From: Stramenopiles sp. TOSAG23-2
Lineage: Eukaryota
Reading direction: 5' to 3'
Assembly (NCBI GenBank): GCA_900128395.1
Contig: LT649313.1
Coordinates: 1 to 39,137 of the forward strand
Length of the DNA: 39,137 bases
Shown: positions 1 through 12,200 of the stretch, in pieces
How positions within the stretch are numbered: the first letter of the stretch is position 1
Layout: the number at the start of each line of letters is the position of its first letter
Made by a program: the position numbers and the translations under genes
The notes under the pieces: model-generated
Databases searched by the model: none
What the model was told of the DNA's origin: nothing
Seen by the model: only the letters and a program-made list of their open reading frames with translations

Positions 1-595
1 TGAGTGAAAATTCGATTCATTTAACACTAATAACAATGAAAGGGACGCACTTTAAGCTAAAAAAAAATAAAAAAATAATAAAAAATGAATGAGCGAGATA
101 GAGAAGAAAAATAAAAAATATTATTATATAAAAAAATATGCAGATTTTGATAGGCGTATTTTTGAGTACACTAATATATTAGAGGCTGTGTAGATATTAA
201 ATGCAAATATTATTTGTACTTAGATCAAACATGTCCTGTAACATTATTCATCAAAAAGATATAATATTATAAATTATTATTTATTGTATTATTTATTATT
301 TTAAGCAATCCATGGTGTGTGATACAGTACGAAAATCAGAGACATATTTATATATTGTATAAAACCAGAGACAAATACAAGTTGTATAGCCGCCAAAGTA
401 CAACTTCTTTTCATTTTTTAATTAGAATAGACATATATATATATATATATAAATATATATACATACACATATATACGTACAGTTTTTTGGTTTGTTTGTC
501 AATTAAATAACAATTTATAGGATTTTTGCAATTATTAGTAGTATTTAGTAGCAGTAGTAGTAGTATAGTTTATATACATACACATACATACAAGC

Positions 596-3463
596 ATGTC
601 AAATCCTTCGGGCAAATTATTTATTGGCGGCTTGTCTTTTGACACAACAGATGAAACATTCAAAGAATATTTTCAACAATTTGGAGATGTAACCGATGCA
701 TTTGTTTTACGTGATAATGTTACCAAGCGTTCCAGAGGCTTTGGCTTTGTCACGTTTAAATCTGAAGCTGGTGCTGATAAATGCCTTGCACATCCATCGC
801 CACATGTATTGGATAAACGGCAAGTTGAAGCAAAAAAAGCTACGCCAAGAGATCAAACTCCAATGGGAGATGGGCCACCACACCATCACCATCGCAGTAG
901 GTATGATTCCTCTAGTAGAGGTGGAAGAGGACGAGGACGGGGACGAGGAGGAGGACGTTCATCGTATCGTTCCTATCATAACAACAACGGCAGTAATAAT
1001 AATAGCATAGATAGTAGTAATAGCAATAATACCACTTCGAGCAGCAATAACTCAGGCAATGCGGGTGGCTCTATTCCAGGATCAAGTTGGGCTACAAAAA
1101 CAGCAACTGGTAGAAAACCTGCAACCACAGTTGCATCCACAACATCTTCTTCTTCTTCAATTACAAATAATAATAAAATAGATTCAACGACTTCGAATGA
1201 TAATGGTAACAAAAATAATAGTAATGAAAAAAATAATCAAGTAGTAATAGTTGATAATTCAAGTAATGGTGCAAATAACAGCAACAAGGACAATACGTCC
1301 TCATCTACTATTACTTCTTCTTCTTCGACTACTGCTGCTGCTAATGCAACAACAGCGACGACGACGAATACGACATCATCATCCTCATCATCTTCTTCTT
1401 ACAATCCGGCATTAACACCAGAAGGTCAAAGTAAGAAAATATTTGTTGGTGGTTTGCATTACGATACCGACAAAGTTGGTTTACGAAAATATTTTGAACA
1501 ATATGGAAAAATATTATCAAGTGAAGTAATGTATAATCGTGAAACAAACAAATCAAGAGGTTTTGGCTTTGTTATTTATGCAGATGCTGAAAGTGTAGAT
1601 CGTGCATTGGAGACACGTATGCATATTATAGACAATAAACAAGCCGAGGTCAAACGTGCGACACCACGTGTATCTTCGCCTATTAAGCCAAATGTTGGAA
1701 TAGTAAAAGGAAACGTGAATGGCAATAATTACAATTCAAGCGGTACTAATAGTGTTCCATCCAATACACAAAGCAATTCAAAGGCATCGATACCGGTACC
1801 AGCTGCACCTATACAACGCAATATGTCATGGGCAAATGTAGTTTCGAAAGGTCCAGAGAAAAAAACGACTGCGCAAACAACGGATGGTGGTGGTAATAAT
1901 AGTAGTAACAATAGCATGAATAACAACAATAGCCAAAATCAGAAAAGCACCAACAATGCAACATCTTCCTTGTCAGCATTAGGAACAAAAACTGGTAATG
2001 CCACCACCACCACCACCAGCAGCACCACCCCCACCATCACGAACAACAAAAGCAATAGTAGCCAAAATGACGATAGCAATAGCAATGATAATAGTGAAAA
2101 CAACAACAAGAATGCATCATCGAATAATACAAATACAAATGATGCTAATAATGGTAGTAATAATAGTAGTAGTAGTAGTAGTAGTAAAGCTGGTAACGAT
2201 GATGGAAATTCTTCAAAGGAAAAAGGTAAAAGCGTTCCACCTGGTGTTGTCGTTGATCAGCAAAATGTCGATATGGTACAAGCACAAGCTGCTGCAGCAC
2301 AGCAAATGCAACAGCAGCAGGCATTGTTAAACCAACAAGTGATGCAGCAGCAAGCAGCACAAAACAATTTTGTTGCCCAACAAGCATTAGTAGCACGCCA
2401 ACAACAAATAGCAATCAACCAAGCAATGCAACAAATGATGATGAACAACCTTGGTCAACAAGGTATGGATGGGCAAGGTCAATTGATGGGTGGACCTGGA
2501 ATGAATGCGCAATATCAAAATTTCAACCAAGGAATGTTAGGATCCAATCCACAACAACTTATGCAACATCAAGTAGTAGCGCAAAGCAATGCAAACGATA
2601 ACAGTAGCGGTGGTGCAAGCAAAGCAGCTCCACCTGGTGTTGCTGATTTAACCGCTGTAGCAGGGAAAAGTGCAAACGATGGCAATGCTTCAAAAGACAA
2701 AGCGATTGAAGCTGGTGCAAAAGGAAATCAAGAACTAGTTACAGGCGCAGATGGAAAGCCAGTACCAAGCTCCGTACTTACTGGAACAAATAACAATGGT
2801 GCATTTGGTGATAATACCATCCCAATGGGCATGGCATTTCAATCATTCGGCGGGATGGCCCAATCGCCACCAAATATGTCACAAATGAATATGTTAGGAC
2901 AGCAAGGTTTCCCAATGGGTGGAAATGTGAATTACGATGGCTCATTGGCACAAATGGGAATGGATATGAATTCCATGAACATGGGTGGTGGAATGATGGA
3001 TATGAATTCCATGAATATGGGTGCGATGAATAATATGGGCATGGGTGGATTAGGCGGTTTTGGCGGCTTTGGCATGAATCAACTTGGTGGTGCACAACAA
3101 GGATCGTGGGGCGATCAAAATGGGTTGAATCAAACTGGTTTCAATCAACAAACTGGGCAACAGCAAGTTGGACAAAATCAACAAGGCCAACAAGCAAAAT
3201 TCAACCAACAAGGTATGAATGGGCAACAGCAACAAATGCAATATGGAAATATGTTTGGTAGTGGCGATTTTCAACAAATGGGAAATTCAATGCAACAACA
3301 AATGCAATTCCAATTGCAACAGCAACAATTATTCAACCAACAACAGCAACAACATTTAGAGCAACAATTACTTGCACAGCAAGGCACAGTTGGTGGCGTA
3401 GGACAGCAAATAGTTGATAGTGGGACAGATGATAAAGGTCCATCAGAAAAGGAAGTTAAATAA
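596..3463 (+). CDS. Two-RRM RNA-binding protein (hnRNP A1/Musashi/DAZAP1-like) with RGG box, long N/S/T-rich linker and Q/N/G/M-rich prion-like C-terminus
   Basis: RRM1 has RNP2 KLFIGGL and RNP1 RGFGFVTF; RRM2 has KIFVGGL and RGFGFVIY; both end in (V/A)E(A/V)K(K/R)ATPR. RGGRGRGRGRGGGR follows RRM1. Single 955-aa ATG-TAA ORF. Confidence 0.9.
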   Translation: MSNPSGKLFIGGLSFDTTDETFKEYFQQFGDVTDAFVLRDNVTKRSRGFGFVTFKSEAGADKCLAHPSPHVLDKRQVEAKKATPRDQTPMGDGPPHHHHRSRYDSSSRGGRGRGRGRGGGRSSYRSYHNNNGSNNNSIDSSNSNNTTSSSNNSGNAGGSIPGSSWATKTATGRKPATTVASTTSSSSSITNNNKIDSTTSNDNGNKNNSNEKNNQVVIVDNSSNGANNSNKDNTSSSTITSSSSTTAAANATTATTTNTTSSSSSSSSYNPALTPEGQSKKIFVGGLHYDTDKVGLRKYFEQYGKILSSEVMYNRETNKSRGFGFVIYADAESVDRALETRMHIIDNKQAEVKRATPRVSSPIKPNVGIVKGNVNGNNYNSSGTNSVPSNTQSNSKASIPVPAAPIQRNMSWANVVSKGPEKKTTAQTTDGGGNNSSNNSMNNNNSQNQKSTNNATSSLSALGTKTGNATTTTTSSTTPTITNNKSNSSQNDDSNSNDNSENNNKNASSNNTNTNDANNGSNNSSSSSSSKAGNDDGNSSKEKGKSVPPGVVVDQQNVDMVQAQAAAAQQMQQQQALLNQQVMQQQAAQNNFVAQQALVARQQQIAINQAMQQMMMNNLGQQGMDGQGQLMGGPGMNAQYQNFNQGMLGSNPQQLMQHQVVAQSNANDNSSGGASKAAPPGVADLTAVAGKSANDGNASKDKAIEAGAKGNQELVTGADGKPVPSSVLTGTNNNGAFGDNTIPMGMAFQSFGGMAQSPPNMSQMNMLGQQGFPMGGNVNYDGSLAQMGMDMNSMNMGGGMMDMNSMNMGAMNNMGMGGLGGFGGFGMNQLGGAQQGSWGDQNGLNQTGFNQQTGQQQVGQNQQGQQAKFNQQGMNGQQQQMQYGNMFGSGDFQQMGNSMQQQMQFQLQQQQLFNQQQQQHLEQQLLAQQGTVGGVGQQIVDSGTDDKGPSEKEVK

Positions 3464-6278
3464 TGAAGATATTTACGAGTTACGATGCGATAATATAATA
3501 TATCGATAGTATTATATAGTAGTTGTAAAGAAAAAATATTAAAAATAATAAAAACGAAAAAAAATAAATAGCAAATTTATATTAAAAAAAAAAAAGAAAA
3601 GAAAAGAAAAAGAATCAATAGAGACAGATAAAGATAGTTAAATAAGACAAATATATAGGAATAATAATGAGCGGCGACAGAAACGAAAAGGTGTTTATGT
3701 TTTCTTTATTACAATGAAATAAATATTTCAAAATCTGCTTTTGAAATTAAAATATCTGGATTTTAATTTTTCAAGATATTTTGAAATATTTATTAAATTG
3801 TTAAATAGTATTAGAGATGAAGAACATGCTCAAAAATAGTAAAAAAAGTAAAATAAAAAAAATATACTTAGGTATATATTAATATCGTCATAATGTAATT
3901 TTGTGTGGAGAGCAACAAAAAAGAGATATGGAAATATATTAGATGTAGATAATCTAATATGCATATATATATAATATGATACATTTAAAATGTCTGGGTT
4001 TTGAATGTATATATTATATACATCATATGTATCTCAAAATATGCATCATAGATGAAATAGTTAGAGAGACAGAGGAGTTAAAGTAGAGATTTTTATTTTT
4101 CAGCAGATTTGTTTGTGTCGGGTGGTATCAAAGTGAAAAACAAAACATGAAAACGTGGTGGTGTGATTGTTTGTTTTTTTTATCACCAATGATTGAAACA
4201 ATGTAGAAGGGGAAGAAAAATAAAAATTAAATTTTTAATAAAAGGACGAATTTACAAAAAAAAACATATTTTTTACGCGTACAATTATTAGTATTTTAAA
4301 ACACAAAACAAATCTCAAAAAGAAAACAGAAAACTAGAAACACCACACACGACATACGTTATCTTTCTTTTAGAGGACTGTTTTCGTAATAATTATCTCA
4401 AATCTCTCTCAAATTTTCACGTAATGAAACACTGACGTATGAACTAACCAACTACCATATATGACTTTAAAATTGCTTGAATATTTATTAAAAGGTGTCA
4501 CATCCATCATGTATGTTTCTTCTATTTACTTTTTTTATCATTACTATTAGTGATTGGTGGTGTTATTGTCGGTATAAATTTTGGAGTTTGATGCGTTACC
4601 CCCATAGCTACTTTCGCATCGCTACTTTCCAACGATTTAACCGGTACTGACTTCTTTCTTGGCATGTTTTAACTAAAATAGCAATAAAAATATTAAATAA
4701 TTTATATAATGCCAATACTAATACTACTTATGAAATAAAACTTGAGATATATTTATGATACCACCGGGATTAAAAAAAAATGAAAATATGACCTTTTGCA
4801 AACAAACTTTAGATGATTGGTCAATCTATATATAAATGTATATTCTATATTACCACCACCTATACCAACGATGTTTAACAACACACTCCATACACATCAT
4901 TATTCTTTTTTTTATTTTTTTTTTTTTATTTATTATTTTTTTATTTATTATTATAATAATAATAATTCTTCAGAGGAGGAGTTGAAGAGTAGGGTTCAAT
5001 GGGACCCAAAATTTTTTCCCACAATATGTTCCGAAATTTATCCAAAAAGATATTAATAACATGATATTTTGTATCATTTATGAAATAATTCGGAAATAAA
5101 ATTTGCGTTCCCACATTAGTCCCATTGGTTCGCAGTCAAGTTTCTTTTTTTTCCAAAACAAAATCGGGGGGGGGGGGGGGGGGTCTTCTATCGTCTCTTT
5201 GTAACAACTCGTAGAATTGTTACTCAGAAGAAGAAGAAGAAGAAAAGAAGATTTTTTATATTTTTCGTCTTCTTTTTCTTCTCGTCGTCCTTTTGCGCTT
5301 TTTGTCGTGGCCCGGCTGGGCTGGCTGCTGCTGGCCTTAGGGCTGGCCAAGCTGGCTGCTGCTGGCCGAGCAGAAATGACTTTATCTATATATTACCTTA
5401 TATTCTCTGAATTGTAAAGAACCCAGTGTATAGACGTATAGACATTGTTTTGAAACACATACTCCCAGTACACCAATACACCATTAAATATCATGTTAAC
5501 CAATTTTATCCAGTTTTTCCATCGCCGCGGACCGCGGACTATCATCAAAATTCGAAAAATATCATCATATATCGTATTGTGCTATTTACCTCGAAATTTT
5601 GACGAATCCAAGATTCTATACCATACCTATAATATATGTTATAGTGATAAATATAGAAAAAAGGCTATAAGAGAATATGATTTAATACTATATATATAAA
5701 TTAAAAAATAATTTGATTTACTATGTATGGACGTATGGCACATGGATAAATACTGTATCTCAATCTCGCCCATTAGTAATTAGTACTATTGTATACTAAT
5801 AACTAATAACTAATACCACAAACCACAAAAGCAAAGAGCAAAAACAATAGCTATAATAGACTATAGACTATAGACTTTTGAATATCAGACATTTTTTAAT
5901 TTTTTATGTATTACATCATACATCCCATCATCATCATTACTATAATACGGCCTGAAAATAATAATTCTGAAGAATGATGATAATAATGATGATGAAGAGA
6001 CCTGGCCCGGGCTAATAATAATAATTATTAATTAATAAATAAATAATATAATACAAATAATACAAAAAAAAAAGTAAGTATTATATTATAGAAACAAATA
6101 GTAGTAATACATATATATATATATACATAATTAAGTAACCATCAAATGAGATCAGCACACTCTATACTACTTGCTCGCATTATTACACATTATCAGAATC
6201 AACACCAACATTAATATTTTATACATTTGACTATTGTAAGTCTTTATTGTGTTGTTAAATTGGTGTTATTATATAATA

Positions 6279-9200
6279 ATGTACACAACAACTATGGCAA
6301 TCGTTAATAGAAAAAATACTATAGTATTGGCAAACTGTTTAAGTATCTTAATCATGTTGTTACTATTGCATTGTTTCCACTACCAATCGCATGTAAATGG
6401 AACATCAATAAAAGGCTCTATATTTACCATTAATAAAAATGATGGAAATATAATTTTTTCAAGCAAAGCTGACGAATTTGAAGTTACTGGTGTAGAAGAT
6501 GCTAATAAAATCCATGCAAATAGTATCTATTTGCGTGCATATAGTAAAGGTGAACTGTACGAATTCAGTAGTACGAACGGTTTAAATGGTTTCAAACCAT
6601 GTAAACGTAAAGGTAGCGAATTCAAATGCACCCAAGCATCCTTAGGTGTAGATTATGGGGATGACTGTATTTTAAACACCCATCCATGTCGTAAAGGTTT
6701 ATGCATGGGCACAACGAGAGAGGAAACACTAGCTGCCTTGGGGAACATAACAAAACTAACAACTACTGGTGATAATATCGATAACGATGATAATTTCAAA
6801 TTAGTTGCCACTTTAAATTCCCACGCAGCATATGGTGGTCCAAATCAGGAATTAGTTAGCTGGGGAAATTTTTGGGACGATGAGTTGATAGCTCCATCGA
6901 GTCAACCAAGTACAAGTAACCCAACAAGACACTATCGAACCGAATCCTACTTACTGGAACAAAAATACTTACTAGACAATGGTGTGAAACAATTAATATC
7001 AAATGACTATGCAATTGCAGCACTTTCGAAGGAAGGTTATTTGAAAACATGGGGAATTAGTGGTGCTGGTGGGGAAACATGTTCAAGCATTAATATCTTT
7101 TCCCCGAGATCAACATCTACATATGAAACGTCGAAACAAATTGGTGATATCCAATATGGATATCCTACATCATCTGAAGAGACGTGGTTGAAAAATTATC
7201 AATGTCAAATTACAGAAGACAATATAGAACATACAAGATATATAATTGAAAATTTATTGATAACTGATAAAAACGTTCGCTGTAAGATAGAGTCATTAAA
7301 TGCAACAAAAAGTGCATTTATAGCACTTACTGCAGAAAATAGAATCGTCCCATGGGGTAATGTTGAAACTGGTGGCAAATTGTCAGAGTACGCGGATACG
7401 AAAGAAGGAGGCAAATGGCAAAACGAAGAATTGATCAAAACTATAGTTACAAATGCATATTCGGTCTTTGTTTTTATTCAAAGCGAAAAAAACGAATGGA
7501 TGGATAAGAAATTCGATACATATGGAACTAATTATATGTTTTGGGGTTTACATAATGTTAAGGACACAAACGTTATGTTTAATCTACTCGATGGGTCATA
7601 TGAAGAGATTGAGAATCTTGAAGAGAATATTGAAGATGAAGATAAAGTTAAAAGTTATCACATTGTACGAGTCCATACAGCACATGAAGCAGACATTGAT
7701 GCCTTTTTATTAGAAGCATATAAAGGCAATGTGAGGAAACTTTTACTAATAGGTAATCCTAAATATCATCGACAAATAATGGGTAGTGATATTGATGCTT
7801 TCTTTGGTAACATTAAAAAAATTGTTGGAACAGAAACTGGTTTAGCAATACTATTAGACAAATCATCAAAACCAAACTTATTTTTACTGGGTGGGAATTT
7901 TTCTGAATCAACTTATCTCGTAAAAACAGAATATGTTCGTGGATTAGATAAAGTTGCAGTAGATGTCAGAGCTAATAAAAATGCATTTATTGTTCGATTT
8001 AAAGATCCTTGGTCTGTTGAAACAATCGGTCTCCCTTCGTACGGTGGAAATACCACCAGATACAATTTGCCATCATATAACATAGGCGAGAATGGAAAGA
8101 TATACGCAGATGGCGATGGTTCATTAGGTATCGTTTCGGATGATGGTACCGCATCAGTTTTTGGAAAAATGGCACATCAAATCAAGAATCCAAACGATAT
8201 ACAATGTGAATTTGACAATGGCGTAGAAAGAATGATTGAAAGTCGCAATTGGCTATATTTAAAAAAAAGTTGTGATACAATGGGAAAGAAATGCACAAAA
8301 TGTCTTTCACCTAAAATAAAAATTCCTGTAATTGAAAAATTATCATTTTCGTCGGGGTGTGGTTCCACATGTGCCGATTGTAAGGAAATGCAGTTTACTA
8401 CAGGGAAACCGTTTGATCCTCGAACATTGATACCAGGATATACATCAAACGATGATATTGAGACTCATGGATATATTTCAACAATATCACAAAACAGTTT
8501 TTGCTTGCATATGTGTTTGTCAAACGATGCAGTTTTAGATGATAACAACAATGGCGAAATTGTTTTAAATGATGAGAAATTATCTTTATCTATCGTTGGA
8601 AAAGATAAAGATGGAAAAGAAACGGGAACGCCGACGGCACTTACGTGGGATGCTAACAAATGTTTGAAAGTAAGTGATGCTGCTAATAAAAACAAAAAGT
8701 TTTTCGTGACAGGGGATTTTTTCCCTGTACAACAGGAATTTTTCCCCCATACAATTGAAATACAAATAAAAAAATATAATAAATATATTCAATATCACTA
8801 CGAATTTCATTTAAAAAAAATAAATAGAGAAAAGCCAAAAATTAGAATATATGGCGGCGTAGATAATAACAACTTGATAGAATATCCTTTCGACGGTATC
8901 ATATCTAATTTTGATTTTTCCGACTTTGTAGGGGTAGATGTTGAACGCGTTATGATTATATATGGTAGTAATAAAAACAAAACCGTTGATGTCGTAAATG
9001 GGGAAAATATGTACCATTTACAAGATGACGATGGTAAATTTACTGTTACGATTACTAAACCAACATTACGAGATGTTATCATTCGTGATCCAAGTGATAG
9101 TATAATATTCATGAGCCAAAGGTTTCAATATAATCAAACAGAATACGAAGTATATACAAATAGTAAATATGATAAACTTACTGTAGGTGGTTTAAGTGAA

Positions 9201-12200
9201 CATGGGTGGATGAAAATTTTAAATAGCTCAGCTACAAGTCATCATACTATGCATAATTTGCCATTGTATCAACATGAAGAAGTTAATGGTAAAGTATTTG
9301 ATGTAAATGCAATGCATTGGGGTAACAATAACATAAACGAATTGAATCAAATACAATGTGAAGGGGAGGCAAAGAAAATTCCATTGTCATTGTCAAATCA
9401 AATTGCTCTATTGTCAGAGGATGCAATTGCGCAAGCATCAAATAGTTTCACTAGAAACGAACATTATTTTATGTTACTCGGTACATATAATTTGTTACAA
9501 AAAGTAGATGCGGATTCATCAAGTGTTCCAAACGGTTACAGGCAATATGCTCCATCCCCATTACCTTTTATTTTGAATCGATGTAATTTAGCGCATTGGC
9601 GTAGCAATCCAACCAGCGCATCCCCAGAGACTGCTGGGTTTTTAGATGTATCATCCGGTTCTTCAAGCGATTTTGTAATACAGCATAAACATGATTTGCA
9701 TGAATTAAATTTAAATGTAAGTAAGGATACTAGTAACAAAGTATTGTTTAATGGTGCTACTGCGTCCGTTACCGTGAATGATGTCACAGCAGTTTTGTAC
9801 AGTGATGGCAGTGTCCGTCTATATGATAGTAATACGTTTGCACGTGTTCAATGGCCAATTCTCCCAGTTGAAGCAACTTATCCGGAAGAAGATCGTAAAA
9901 ACATACCAGAAGATCGATGTGGGTTGCGCTCAAATGTGATACAATTAGTTGAAACACCAGGAAGTATACTAGGTGTAAGAGACGATGGAAGCATAATTAC
10001 TATCTATTTAATCAAAACAAGTGCATGTGAAAATATTCACCATAATGCATACAGTCAATTTGTACTGCCATTTAGTAAACGCAATATATTCACTGCAAAA
10101 ATAATGGAGAAAACAATAGCAGCAAATGGATTTGAATCACATCAGGAAATAAATTTTGCAGGAATTCAACGTGTAATTGCTAATAATGGAATACATTGTG
10201 GATCAATTACCGTCGTTCAAGATGATAACACAATTAAATTATGGGGGGAAATACTTACAGTAGATACAGAGCAAAATCCACCAATCGTAGGAATAACACC
10301 ATCGGTCCCATTAGTACCAGGAAGCATCGTGGCGACAGATCATGCATTTGCTGGAATTATGATTGGAACGGATAAAACTGGATTGGCATGGGGTCACAAA
10401 GATTACGGAGGTCTCGTTGAAAGTGGATTTGCATGCAATCTTGCAAGGGATGTTGAAGAAATTTATGCCATTAACGATACATTTACTGCATTGGTTTTCA
10501 TTGGCGGAAAAAGGCGTGTTGTTTCGTGGCCAGATCGCACTGGATCAAATGGATATACGTTGCCACGGGCAGAGCTTCTTACTAGTGAAAGTGAAGTGCC
10601 AAATGTTCAGCACATTTTTACAACAAGATGCGCATTCGCTGCAATATTGGAAGACGGGTCAGTTGAAACGTGGGGTTGGAACGATTGCGGTGGTGACAGT
10701 TCAAATGTCAAGCAAAGTTTAACATCGAACATTGTTTCCATTGTATCAAATAGTGGCGCATTTGCAGCTAAAACGAGCCATGGAAAAGCGATTGTTTGGG
10801 GTAGTCATATGCATGGTGGAGCACCTGGAAGTAATATTTTGCAACGGTTACAAAGTGGCGTCAAAGAATTACATGCATATCAGAATTCTTTTGTTGCTAT
10901 ATTTGAATCGCGTGAAATTAAGATTGGGGTTGGTAGCAATGGTATATTTACTATACAACACGAATTGCAACGAGATAATGCATTTTATAAGTTTATATTA
11001 AAGCCATCAGAAATACAAAATATACGCTTTAAATATGATAACGATTTGAGAGATAATGAAACGTATATTAATCTTTCCCCACGTTTTAATCCTGGTATTG
11101 TTGACTATGAGATATTGCTGCATGGTAATAAAGATATCAATTTAAAAATTGATTTGGAAGGAAACAATCATCGCCTTCAACCAATTAGATCCATGGACGT
11201 TACAAACAATCATATCTATAAGGTCATCGAAGATAATAGGAATGGAAAAAAATATAATATCAAAATCATGAGATCACCCATAGATAGTATTCAATATCGA
11301 TTTTACCCTAAAACAAATGACAATATTGTATTAACGAATGATATTTCTAAAAGTATGCGGGATTACCAATATTCAAAATTAACTGAACATTTATCATCTT
11401 TCACAATCCATGCTCCGACAAATGCGTCGTATATTGATTTCATGGTTAATACACTAGATGCTAATAATGGTACCGTCACGTTTGTAGATACTAGTAATAG
11501 CAATTTATTATATAGTGGAAATGTAAATTCTGACTTCACAAGCAAAGTAGTGCCGTTGAATGTTGGGACGACAGCGATCAAGATCGAATATATACCCAAT
11601 GGAATGTCCAACTTGTCCAAGAAAATAATTTTTGTAAATATTGTTAAAACGCATTCGTTAATAAGCATCGCTTTTCCAAATGCATCGCGTTCAAATACTT
11701 ATATGTACACACCATCGTCTTCATCATCTATCGTGAATCGTGTCGAGCTCGATTGGACAGCAATTGATCTCAGCGTATCCATTGAGCGATCCTCAAATAC
11801 GGTCGTAGGAATGAATAGCAATGGGCACCAGACTGAAATTCCATATGACCCTAATGCAAGTTCAACAACTGTTTGGGTCGCCCGGACAAATATATGCGAT
11901 GCCAATGACAATTATGAATCAAAACTTTCGATTAGTATGAAAGATGTACCAAACGATGCGGATGTTAAAATCTTTAAAGTTGCAAAACGAGGACCAGTTA
12001 GTGATATTGCCATTATCGATGCAAGTAACAATAATGAAGTCATTCCATTTGATAAGCCATTTGATATTTATGGATGGAAAAATAACACGGATACAATTTA
12101 CAAAGTGACTTTATCACCATTAACGTCAAATATTACATTAAAGTTGACTGGTAAAATTGGAGTTTTAAAACTTGCAAATGGCAATGATTTAAAAGAAGGT

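Noticed and set aside
4522-4665. 47-aa minus-strand ORF MPRKKSVPVKS...
   Set aside because: Coding-like start, but short, with no recognisable domain and no convincing downstream exon; possibly a gene fragment.
5166-5183. G18 homopolymer as a functional G-quadruplex
   Set aside because: A homopolymer alone is weak evidence, and its length is unreliable in assemblies.
319-5699. Small intergenic ORFs (319-510, 4817-5056, 5078-5350, 5217-5417, 5493-5699)
   Set aside because: Low-complexity or microsatellite translations, mostly with non-ATG starts and no domains.
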